Origin: Eledone cirrhosa
Lineage: Eukaryota
Assembly: GCA_964016885.1 (NCBI GenBank)
Contig: OZ024762.1
Span: 28,520,001-28,584,000, forward strand
Direction: 5' to 3'
DNA length: 64,000 nt
The position numbers and the translations under genes were made by a program. The notes below the pieces were generated by a model. That model was not told the origin of the DNA, ran no database searches, and was given only the letters and a program-made list of their open reading frames with translations. Shown in pieces: positions 1-12,300 of this stretch (position 1 is the stretch's first letter; each line of letters opens with the position of its first letter).

Positions 1-3000
1 TATTAAATATTGGGTTGGTCTGCAACAAGACAATAGCTTTTATTGAATATTGGGTTGGTCTGTAACAAGACAGTAGCTTTTATTCAATATTGGGTTGGTG
101 TGTAACACGACAGTAGCTGTTATTCAATATTGGGTTGGTGTGTAACAAGTCAGTAGCTTTTATTAAATATTAGGTTGGTCTGTAACAAGACAGTAGCTTT
201 TATTAAATATTAGGTTGGTCTGTAACAAGACAGTAGCTTATATTGAATATTGGGTTGGTCTGTAACAAGAAAATAGCTTTTATTCAATATTAGGTTAGTG
301 TGTAACAAGACAGTAGCTTTTATTCAATATTAGGTTGGTCTGTAACAAGACAATAGCTTTTATTAAATATTGGGTTGGTGTGTAACAAGACAGTAGCTTT
401 TATTAAATATTGGGTTCGTCTGTAATAAGACAGTAGCTTTTATTCAACATTAGGTTAGTATGTAACAAGACAGTAGCTTTTATTAAATATTGTTCTGGTC
501 TGTAACAAGACAATAGCTTTTATTCAATATTAGGTTGGTCTGTAACAAGACAATATCTTTTATTAAATATTGGGTTCGTCTGTAATAAGACAGTAGCTTT
601 TATTCAATATTATGCTGGTGTGTAACAAGAGAGTAGATTTTATTAAATATTGGGTTGGTCTGTATCAAGAGAGTTGCTTTTATTAAATATTGGGTTGGTC
701 TGTAACAAGACAGTAGCTTTTATTTAATATTGGGTTGGTGTGTAACAAGACAGTAGCTTTTATACATTATTGGGTTGGTCTGTTACAAGACAGTAGCTTT
801 TATAAAATATTAGGTTTGTCTGTAACAAGCCAATAGCTTTTATTCAATATTATGTTGGTCTGAAACAAGACAGTCGCTTTTATTCAATATTGGGTTGATG
901 TGTAACAAGGCAGTAACTTTTATTCAATATTGGATTGGTGTTTAACAAGACAGTAGCTTTTATTAAATATTGGGTTGGTGTGTAACAAGACAGTAGCTTT
1001 TATTCAATATTGGGTTGGTCTGTAACAAGACAATAGCTTTTATTAAATATTGGGTTGGTGTGTAACAAGACAGTAGCTTTTATTAAATATTGGGTTCGTC
1101 TGTAATAAGACAGTAGCTTTTATTCAATATTATGTTGGTGTGTAACAAGACAGTAGATTTCATTAAATATTGGGTTGGTCTGTAACAAGAGAGTTGCTTT
1201 TAATAAATATTGGGTTGGTGTGTAACAAGACAGTAGCTTTTATTAAATATTGCGTTGGTCTGTAACAAGACGGTAGCTTTAATTAAATATTACGTTGTTG
1301 TGTAACAAGACACTAGCTTTTATTCAATATTATGTTGGTCTGAAACAAGACAGTAGGTTTTATTCAATATTGGGTTGGTGTGTAACAAGACAGTCGCTTT
1401 TATTCAATATTGGGTTGATGTGTAACAAGGCAGTAACTTTTATTCAATATTGGGTTGGTGTGTAACAAGACAGTAGCTTTTCGTAAATATTAGGTTGGTG
1501 TGTAACAAGACAGTAGCTTTTTTAATATATTGGGTTGGTCTGTAACAAGACAATAGCTTTTATTCGATATTGGGTTGGTCTGTAACAAGACAGTAGCTTT
1601 TATTCAATATTGGGTTCGTGTGTAACAAGACAGTAGCTTTTATTAAATATTGGGTTCGACTGTAATAAGACAGTAGCTTTTATTCAATATTATGTTGGTG
1701 TGTAACAAGACAGTAGGTTCTATTAAATATTGGGTTGGTCTGCAACAAGACAATAGCTTTTATTGAATATTGGGTTGGTCTGTAACAAGACAGTAGCTTT
1801 TATTCAATATTGGGTTGGTGTGTAACACGACAGTAGCTGTTATTCAATATTGGGTTGGTGTGTAACAAGTCAGTAGCTTTTATTAAATATTAGGTTGGTC
1901 TGTAACAAGACAGTAGCTTTTATTAAATATTAGGTTGGTCTGTAACAAGACAGTAGCTTATATTGAATATTGGGTTGGTCTGTAACAAGAAAATAGCTTT
2001 TATTCAATATTAGGTTAGTGTGTAACAAGACAGTAGCTTTTATTCAATATTAGGTTGGTCTGTAACAAGACAATAGCTTTTATTAAATATTGGGTTGGTG
2101 TGTAACAAGACAGTAGCTTTTATTAAATATTGGGTTCGTCTGTAATAAGACAGTAGCTTTTATTCAACATTAGGTTAGTATGTAACAAGACAGTAGCTTT
2201 TATTAAATATTGTTCTGGTCTGTAACAAGACAATAGCTTTTATTCAATATTAGGTTGGTCTGTAACAAGACAATATCTTTTATTAAATATTGGGTTCGTC
2301 TGTAATAAGACAGTAGCTTTTATTCAATATTATGCTGGTGTGTAACAAGAGAGTAGATTTTATTAAATATTGGGTTGGTCTGTATCAAGAGAGTTGCTTT
2401 TATTAAATATTGGGTTGGTCTGTAACAAGACAGTAGCTTTTATTTAATATTGGGTTGGTGTGTAACAAGACAGTAGCTTTTATACATTATTGGGTTGGTC
2501 TGTAACAAGACAGTAGCTTATATAAAATATTAGGTTTGTCTGTAACAAGCCAATAGCTTTTATTCAATATTATGTTGGTCTGAAACAAGACAGTCGCTTT
2601 TATTCAATATTGGGTTGATGTGTAACAAGGCAGTAACTTTTATTCAATATTGGATTGGTGTTTAACAAGACAGTAGCTTTTATTAAATATTGGGTTGGTG
2701 TGTAACAAGACAGTAGCTTTTATTCAATATTGGGTTGGTCTGTAACAAGACAATAGCTTTTATTAAATATTGGGTTGGTGTGTAACAAGACAGTAGCTTT
2801 TATTAAATATTGGGTTCGTCTGTAATAAGACAGTAGCTTTTATTCAATATTATGTTGGTGTGTAACAAGACAGTAGATTTCATTAAATATTGGGTTGGTC
2901 TGTAACAAGAGAGTTGCTTTTAATAAATATTGGGTTGGTGTGTAACAAGACAGTAGCTTTTATTAAATATTGCGTTGGTCTGTAACAAGACGGTAGCTTT
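1..3000 (+). repeat. Higher-order duplication, offset 1720 bp (43 monomers): 1-1280 matches 1721-3000
   Basis: Rare variants recur in the same order: tgcaacaagacaatag (21/1741), aacacgacagtagctgt (~104/~1824), tattcaacat taggttagta (441/2161), tatacattat (761/2481), tgcgttggtc..cggtagc (1251/2971). The copies diverge at 1281 vs 3001. Confidence 0.93.
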
Positions 3001-6000
3001 TATTCAATACTAGGTTGGTCTGTAACAAGACAATAGCTTTTATTAAATATTGGGTTGGTGTGTAACAAGACAGTAGCTTTTATTAAATATTGGGTTGGTC
3101 TGTAACAAGACAGTAGCTTTTATGCATTATTGGGTTGGTCTGTAATAAGACAGTAGCTTTTACTCAATATTGGGTTGGTGTGTAACAAGACAGTAGCTTT
3201 TATTCAATATTGGGTTGGTCTGAAACAAGACAGTAGCTTTTATTAAATATTGGGTTGGTCTGTAACAAGACGGTAGCTTTTGTTCAATATTCGGTTGGTG
3301 TGTAACAAGACAGTAGCTTTTATTAAATATTGGGTTGGTCTGTAACAAGACAGTAGCTTTTATGCATTATTGGGTTGGTCTGTAACAAGACAGTAGCTTT
3401 TATTCAATATTGGGTTGGTGTGTAACAAGTCAGTAGCTTTTATTAAATATTAGGTTGGTCTGTAACAAGACAGTAGCTTTTATTGAATATTGTGTTGGTC
3501 TGTAACAAGACAGTAGCTTTTATTCAAAACTAGGTTGGTCTGTAACAAGACAATAGCTTTTATTAAATATTGGGTTGGTGTGTCACAAGACAGTAGCTTT
3601 ATTAAATATTGGGTTGGTCTGTAACAAGTCAGTAGCTTTTATTAAATATTAGGTTGGTCTGTAACAAGACAGTAGCTTTTATTAAATATTAGGTTGGTCT
3701 GTAACAAGACAGTAGCTTATATTGAATATTGGGTTGGTCTGTAACAAGAAAATAGCTTTTATTCAATATTAGGTTAGTGTGTAACAGGACAGTAGCTTTT
3801 ATTCAATATTAGGTTGGTCTGTAACAAGACAATAGCTTTTATTAAATATTGGGTTGGTCTGTAACAAGACTGTAGCTTTTATTAAATATTGGGTTGGTCT
3901 GTAACAAGACAGTTGCTTTTATGCATTATTGGGTTGGTCTGTAACAAGACAGTAGCTTTTATTCAATATTGGGTTCGTGTGTAACAAGACAGTAGCTTTT
4001 ATTCAATATTGGATTGGTGTTTAACAAGACAGTAGCTTTTATTAAATATTGGGTTGGTGTGTAACAAGACAGTAGCTTTTATTCAATATTGGGTTGGTCT
4101 GTAACAAGACAGTAGCTTTTATTTAATATTGGGTTGGTGTGTAACAAGACAGTAGCTTTTCTTCAATATTGGGTTGGTGTGTAACAAGACAGTAGCTTTT
4201 ATTAAATATTACGTTGTTGTGTAACAAGACACTAGCTTTTATTCAATATTATGTTGGTCTGAAACAAGACAGTAGGTTTTATTCAATATTGGGTTGGTGT
4301 GTAACAAGACAGTCGCTTTTATTCAATATTGGGTTGATGTGTAACAAGGCAGTAACTATTATTCAATATTGGGTTGGTGTGTAACAAGACAGTAGCTTTT
4401 CGTAAATATTAGGTTGGTGTGTAACAAGACAGTAGCTTTTTTAATATATTGGGTTGGTCTGTAACAAGACAATAGCTTTTATTGAATATTGGGTTGGTCT
4501 GTAACAAGACAGTAGCTTTTATTCAATATTGGGTTGGTGTGTAACACGACAGTAGCTGTTATTCAATATTGGGTTGGTGTGTAACAAGTCAGTAGCTTTT
4601 ATTAAATATTAGGTTGGTCTGTAACAAGACAGTAGCTTTTATTAAATATTAGGTTGGTCTGTAACAAGACAGTAGCTTATATTGAATATTGGGTTGGTCT
4701 GTAACAAGAAAATAGCTTTTATTCAATATTAGGTTAGTGTGTAACAAGACAGTAGCTTTTATTCAATATTAGGTTGGTCTGTAACAAGACAATAGCTTTT
4801 ATTAAATATTGGGTTGGTGTGTAACAAGACAGAGCTTTTATTAAATATTGGGTTCGTCTGTAATAAGACAGTAGCTTTTTTCAACATTAGGTTAGTATGT
4901 AACAAGACAGTAGCTTTTATTAAATATTGTTCTGGTCTGTAACAAGACAATAGCTTTTATTCAATATTGGGTTCGTCTGTAATAAGACGGTAGCTTTTAT
5001 TCAATATTATGCTGGTGTGTAACAAGAGAGTAGATTTTATTAAATATTGGGTTGGTCTGTATCAAGTGAGTTGCTTTTATTAAATATTGGGTTGGTCTGT
5101 AACAAGACAGTAGCTTTTTTTCAATATTGGGTTGGTGTGTAACAAGACAGTAGCTTTTATTAAATATTACGTTGTTGTGTAACAAGACACTAGCTTTTAT
5201 TCAATATTATGTTGGTCTGAAACAAGACAGTATGTTTTATTCAATATTGGGTTGGTCTGTAACAAGACAGTAGCTTTTATTCAATATTGGGTTGGTGTGT
5301 AACAAGACAGTAGCTTTTTTTAAATATTGGGTTCGACTGTAATAAGACAGTAGCTTTTATTCAATATTATGTTGGTGTGTAACAAGACAGTAGGTTTTAT
5401 TAAATATTGGGTTGGTCTGTAACAAGACAGTAGCTTTTATTGAATATTGGGTTGGTCTGTAACAAGACAGTAGCTTTTATTCAATATTGTATTGGTGCGT
5501 GACACGACAGTAGCTTTTATTAAATATTGGGTTGGTCTGCAACAAGGCAGTAGCTTTTATTAAATATTGGGTTGGTCTGTAACAAGACAGTAGCTCTTAC
5601 TCAATATTAGGTTAGTGTGTAACAAGACAGTAGCTTTTATTAAATATTGCGTTGGTCTGTAACAAGACAGTAGCTTTTATTCAATATTGGGTTGGTGTGT
5701 AACAAGTCAGTAGCTTTTATTAAAAATTAGGTTCGACTGTAATAAGACAGTAGCTTTTATTCAATATTATGTTGGTGTGTAACAAGACAGTAGGTTTTAT
5801 TATATATTGGGTTGGTCTGTAACAAGACAGTAGCTTTTATTGAATATTGGGTTGGTCTGTAACAAGACAGTAGCTTTTATTCAATATTGGGTTGGTGTGT
5901 GACACGACAGTAGCTTTTATTAAATATTGGGTTGGCTTGCATCAAGGCAGTAGCTTTTATTAAATATTGGGTTGGTCTGTAACAAGACAGTAGCTTTTAT

Positions 6001-6350
6001 TCAATATTGGGTTGGTCTGTAACAAGACAGTAGCTTTTATTCAATATTGGGTTGGTCTGTAACAAGACAGTAGCTTTATTAGATAAGGGGTTGCTCTGTA
6101 ACAAGACAGTAGCTTTTATTCAATATTGGGTTGGTCTGTAACAATACAGTAGCTTTGTTAGATATGGGGTTGCTCTGTAACAAGCAGTAGCTTTTATTCA
6201 ATATTGGGTTGGTGTGTAACACGACAGTAGCTTTTATTAAATATTGGGTTGGTCTACAACAAGGCAGTAGCTTTTATTCAATATTGGGTTGGTCTGTAAC
6301 AAGACAGTAGCTTTATTAGATATGGGGTTGCTCTGTAACAAGACAGTAGC

Positions 6351-9300
6351 TTTTATTCTATATTGGGTTGGTGTGTAACACGACAGTAGCTTTTATTAAA
6401 TATTGGGTTGGTCTGCAACAAGGCAGTAGCTTTTATTAAATATTGGGTTGGTCTGTAGCAAGAGAGTTGCTTTTATTAAATATTGGGTTGGTGTGTAAAA
6501 AGACAGTAGCTTTTATTCAATATTGGGTTGGTCTGTAACAAGACAGTAGCTTTTATTCAATATTATGTTGGTGTGTAACAAGACAGTAGCTTTTATTAAA
6601 TATTGGATTGGTCTGCAACAAGACAGGAGCTTTTATGAAATATTGGGTTGGTCTGTAACATGACAGCAGCTTTTATTCAATATTGGGTTCGTCTGTAACA
6701 AGACAGTAGCTTTTATTCAATATTGGGTTTGTGTGTCACAAGACAGTAGCTTTTATTAAATATTGGGTTGGTCTGTAACAAAACTGTAGCTTTTATTAAA
6801 TATTGGGTTGGTCTGTAATAAGACAGTAGCTTTTATTAAATATTGGGTTGGTGTGTAACAAGACAGTTGCTTTTATGCATTATTGGGTTGGTCTGTAACA
6901 AGACCGTAGCTTTTATTCAATATTGGGTTCGTGTGTAACAAGACAGTAGCTTTTATTCAATATTGGGATGGTCTGTAACAAGACAGTAGCTTTATTAGAT
7001 ATGGGGTTGCTCTGTAACAAGACAGTGGCTTTTATTCAATATTGGGTTGGTCTGTAACAAGACAGTAGCTTTTATTCAATATTGGGTTGGTGTGTAACAA
7101 GACAGTAGCTTTTATTCAATATTGGGGTGGTCTGAAACAAGACAGTAGCTTTTATTAAATATTGGGTTGGTCTGTAACAAGACGGTAGCTTTTATTCAAT
7201 ATTCGGTTGGTGTGTAACAAGACAGTAGCTTTTATTAAATATTGGGTTGGTCTGTAACAAGACAGTAGCTTTTATGCATTATTGGGTTGGTCTGTAACAA
7301 GACAGTAGCTTTTATTCAATATTGGGTTGGTGTGTAACAAGTCAGTAGCTTTTATAAAATATTAGGTTTGTCTGTAACAAGCCAGTAGCTTTTATTGAAT
7401 ATTGGGTTGGTCTGTAACAAGACAGTAGCTTTTATTCAATACTAGGTTGGTCTGTAACAAGACAATAGCTTTTATTAAATATTGGGTTGGTGTGTCACAG
7501 GACAGTAGCTTTTATTAAATATTGGGTTGGTCTGTAACAAGACAGTAGCTTTTATTAAATATTGTGTTGGTCTGTAATAAGACAGTAGCTTTTATTAAAT
7601 ATTGGGTTGGTGTGTAACAAGACAGTAGCTTTTAATAAATATTGGGTTGGTCTGTAACAAGACAGTTGCTTTTATGCATTATTGGGTTGGTCTGTAACAA
7701 GACAGTAGCTTTTATTAAATATTGGGTTCGTGTGTAACAAGACAGTAGCTTTTATTCAATATTGGATTGGTGTTTAACAAGACAGTAGCTTTTATTATAT
7801 ATTGGGTTTGTGTGTAACAAGACAGTAGCTTTTATTTAATATTGGGTTGGTCTGTAACAAGACAGTAGCTTTTATTAAATATTGGGTTCGTGTGTAACAA
7901 GACAGTAGCTTTTATTCAATATTGGATTGGTGTTTAACAAGACAGTAGCTTTTATTATATATTGGGTTTGTGTGTAACAAGACAGTAGCTTTTATTCAAT
8001 ATTGGGTTGGTCTGTAACAAGACAGTAGCTTTTATTAAATATTGGGTTCGTCTGTAACAAGACAGTAGCTTTTATTCAATATTATGTTGGTGTGTAACAA
8101 GACAGTAGATTTTATTCAATACTAGGTTGGTCTATAACAAGACAATAGCTTTTATTAAATATTGGGTTGGTGTGTAACAAGACAGTAGCTTTTATTAAAT
8201 ATTGGGTTGGTCTGTAACAAGACAGTAGCTTTTATGCATTATTGGGTTGGTCTGTAACAAGACAGTAGCTTTTACTCAATATTGGGTTGGTGTGTAACAA
8301 GACAGTAGCTTTTATTCAATATTGGGTTGGTCTGAAACAAGACAGTAGCTTTTATTAAATATTGGGTTGGTCTGTAACAAGACGGTAGCTTTTATTCAAT
8401 ATTCGGTTGGGGTGTACCAAGACAGTAGCTTTTATTAAATATTGGGTTGGTCTGTAACAAGACAGTAGCTTTTATGCATTATTGGGTTGGTCTGTAACAA
8501 GACAGTAGCTTTTATTCAATATTGGGTTGGTGTGAAACAAGTCAGTAGCTTTTATTAAATATTAGGTTGTCTGTAACAAGACGGTAGCTTTTATTGAATA
8601 TTGGGTTGGTGTGTCACAAGACAGTAGCTTTTATTAAATATTGGGTTGGTCTGTAACAAGACAGTAGCTTTTATTAAATATTGGGTTGGTCTGTAACAAG
8701 ACAGTTGCTTTTATGCATTATTGGGTTGGTCTGTAACAAGACAGTAGCTTTTATTCAATATTGGGTTCGTGTGTAACAAGACAGTAGCTTTTATTCAATA
8801 TTGGATTGGTGTTTAACAAGACAGTAGCTTTTATTAAATATCGGGTTGGTGTGTAACAAGACAGTAGCTTTTATTCAATATTGGGTTGGTCTGTAACAAG
8901 ACAGTAGCTTTTCTTCAATATTGGGTTCATGTGTAACAAGACAGTAGCTTTTATTCAATATTGGATTGGTGTTTAACAAGACAGTAGCTTTTATTAAATA
9001 TCGGGTTGGTGTGTAACAAGACAGTAGCTTTTATTCAATATTGGGTTGGTCTGTAACAAGACAGTAGCTTTTATTTAATATTGGGTTGGTGTGTAACAAG
9101 ACAGTAGCTGTTCTTCAATATTGGGTTGGTGTGTAACAAGACAGTAGCTTTTATTAAATATTACGTTGTTGTGTAACAAGACACTAGCATTTATTCAATA
9201 TTATGTTGGTCTGAAACAAAACAGGAGGTTTTATTCAATATTGGGTTGGTGTGTAACAAGACAGTCGCTTTTATTCAATATTGGGTTGATGTGTAACAAG

Positions 9301-12300
9301 GCAGTAACTTTTATTCAATATTGGGTTGGTGTGTAACAAGACAGTAGCTTTTCGTAAGTATTAGGTTGGTGTGTAACAAGACAGTAGCTTTTTTAATATA
9401 TTGGGTTGGTCTGTAACAAGACAATAGCTTTTATTCAATATTGGGTTGGTCTTTAACAAGACAGTAGCTTTTATTCAATATTGGGTTCGTGTGTAACAAG
9501 ACAGTAGCTTTTATTAAATATTGGGTTCGACTGTAATAAGACAGTAGCTTTTATTCAATATTATGTTGGTGTGTAACAAGACAGTAGGTTCTATTAAATA
9601 TTGGGTTGGTCTGTAACAAGACAATAGCTTTTATTGAATATTGGGTTGGTCTGTAACAAGACAGTAGCTTTTATTCAATATTGTGTTGGTGTGTAAAACG
9701 ACAGTAGCTTTTATTCAATATTGTGTTGGTGTGTAACAAGTCAGTAGCTTTTATTAAATATTAGGTTGGTCTGTAACAAGACAGTAGCTTTTATTGAATA
9801 TTGGGTTGGTCTGTAACAAGACAGTAGCTTTTATTCAATATTAGGTTAGTGTCTAACAAGACAGTAGCTTTTATTAAATATTGTTCTGGTCTGTAACAAG
9901 ACAATAGCTTTTATTAGATATTGGGTTGGTGTGTAACAAGACAGTAGCTTTTATTAAATATTGGGTTCGTCTGTAATAAGACAGTAGCTTTTATTCAATA
10001 TTAGGTTAGTGTCTAACAAGACAGTAACTTTTATTAAATATTGTTCTGGTATGTAACAAGACAATAGCTTTTATTCAATATTAGGTTGGTCTGTAACAAG
10101 ACAATATCTTTTATTAAATATTGGGTTCGTCTGTAATAAGACAGTAGCTTTTATTCAATATTATGTTGGTGTGTAACAAGAGAGTAGATTTTATTAAATA
10201 TTGGGTTGGTCTGAAACAAGAGAGTTGCTTTTATTAAATATTGGGTTGGTCTGTAATAAGACAGTAGCTTTTATTAAATATTGGGTTGGTCTGTAACAAG
10301 ACAGTAGCTTTTATTAAATATTGGGTTGGTCTGTAACAAGACAGTTGCTTTTATGCATTATTGTGTTGGTCTGTAACAAGACAGTAGCTTTTATTCTATA
10401 TTGGGTTGGTGTGTAACACGACAGTAGCTTTTATTAAATATTGGGTTGGTCTGCAACAAGGCAGTAGCTTTTATTAAATATTGGGTTGGTCTGTAGCAAG
10501 AGAGTTGCTTTTATTAAATATTGGGTTGGTGTGTAAAAAGACAGTAGCTTTTATTCAATATTGGGTTGGTCTGTAACAAGACAGTAGCTTTTATTCAATA
10601 TTATGTTGGTGTGTAACAAGACAGTAGCTTTTATTAAATATTGGATTGGTCTGCAACAAGACAGGAGCTTTTATGAAATATTGGGTTGGTCTGTAACATG
10701 ACAGCAGCTTTTATTCAATATTGGGTTCGTCTGTAACAAGACAGTAGCTTTTATTCAATATTGGGTTTGTGTGTCACAAGACAGTAGCTTTTATTAAATA
10801 TTGGGTTGGTCTGTAACAAAACTGTAGCTTTTATTAAATATTGGGTTGGTCTGTAATAAGACAGTAGCTTTTATTAAATATTGGGTTGGTGTGTAACAAG
10901 ACAGTTGCTTTTATGCATTATTGGGTTGGTCTGTAACAAGACCGTAGCTTTTATTCAATATTGGGTTCGTGTGTAACAAGACAGTAGCTTTTATTCAATA
11001 TTGGGATGGTCTGTAACAAGACAGTAGCTTTATTAGATATGGGGTTGCTCTGTAACAAAACAGTGGCTTTTATTCAATATTGGGTTGGTCTGTAACAAGA
11101 CAGTAGCTTTTATTCAATATTGGGTTGGTGTGTAACAAGACAGTAGCTTTTATTCAATATTGGGGTGGTCTGAAACAAGACAGTAGCTTTTATTAAATAT
11201 TGGGTTGGTCTGTAACAAGACGGTAGCTTTTATTCAATATTCGGTTGGTGTGTAACAAGACAGTAGCTTTTATTAAATATTGGGTTGGTCTGTAACAAGA
11301 CAGTAGCTTTTATGCATTATTGGGTTGGTCTGTAACAAGACAGTAGCTTTTATTCAATATTGGGTTGGTGTGTAACAAGTCAGTAGCTTTTATAAAATAT
11401 TAGGTTTGTCTGTAACAAGCCAGTAGCTTTTATTGAATATTGGGTTGGTCTGTAACAAGACAGTAGCTTTTATTCAATACTAGGTTGGTCTGTAACAAGA
11501 CAATAGCTTTTATTAAATATTGGGTTGGTGTGTCACAGGACAGTAGCTTTTATTAAATATTGGGTTGGTCTGTAACAAGACAGTAGCTTTTATTAAATAT
11601 TGTGTTGGTCTGTAATAAGACAGTAGCTTTTATTAAATATTGGGTTGGTGTGTAACAAGACAGTAGCTTTTAATAAATATTGGGTTGGTCTGTAACAAGA
11701 CAGTTGCTTTTATGCATTATTGGGTTGGTCTGTAACAAGACAGTAGCTTTTATTAAATATTGGGTTCGTGTGTAACAAGACAGTAGCTTTTATTCAATAT
11801 TGGATTGGTGTTTAACAAGACAGTAGCTTTTATTATATATTGGGTTTGTGTGTAACAAGACAGTAGCTTTTATTTAATATTGGGTTGGTCTGTAACAAGA
11901 CAGTAGCTTTTATTAAATATTGGGTTCGTGTGTAACAAGACAGTAGCTTTTATTCAATATTGGATTGGTGTTTAACAAGACAGTAGCTTTTATTATATAT
12001 TGGGTTTGTGTGTAACAAGACAGTAGCTTTTATTCAATATTGGGTTGGTCTGTAACAAGACAGTAGCTTTTATTAAATATTGGGTTCGTCTGTAACAAGA
12101 CAGTAGCTTTTATTCAATATTATGTTGGTGTGTAACAAGACAGTAGATTTTATTCAATACTAGGTTGGTCTATAACAAGACAATAGCTTTTATTAAATAT
12201 TGGGTTGGTGTGTAACAAGACAGTAGCTTTTATTAAATATTGGGTTGGTCTGTAACAAGACAGTAGCTTTTATGCATTATTGGGTTGGTCTGTAACAAGA

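Noticed and set aside
11-20. G-quadruplex potential from GGGTTGG
   Set aside because: There is only one G3 and one G2 run per 40 bp, separated by ~33-nt gaps, which does not fit a canonical G4 pattern.
1-40. Promoter, terminator or named protein-binding boxes (AT-rich TATTAAAT, T-run after the weak hairpin, CENP-B box)
   Set aside because: There are no genes to regulate, the hairpin is too weak and too far from the T4 run to be an intrinsic terminator, and no 17-bp CENP-B box consensus is present (the ttcg variants lack the downstream CGGG at the required spacing).
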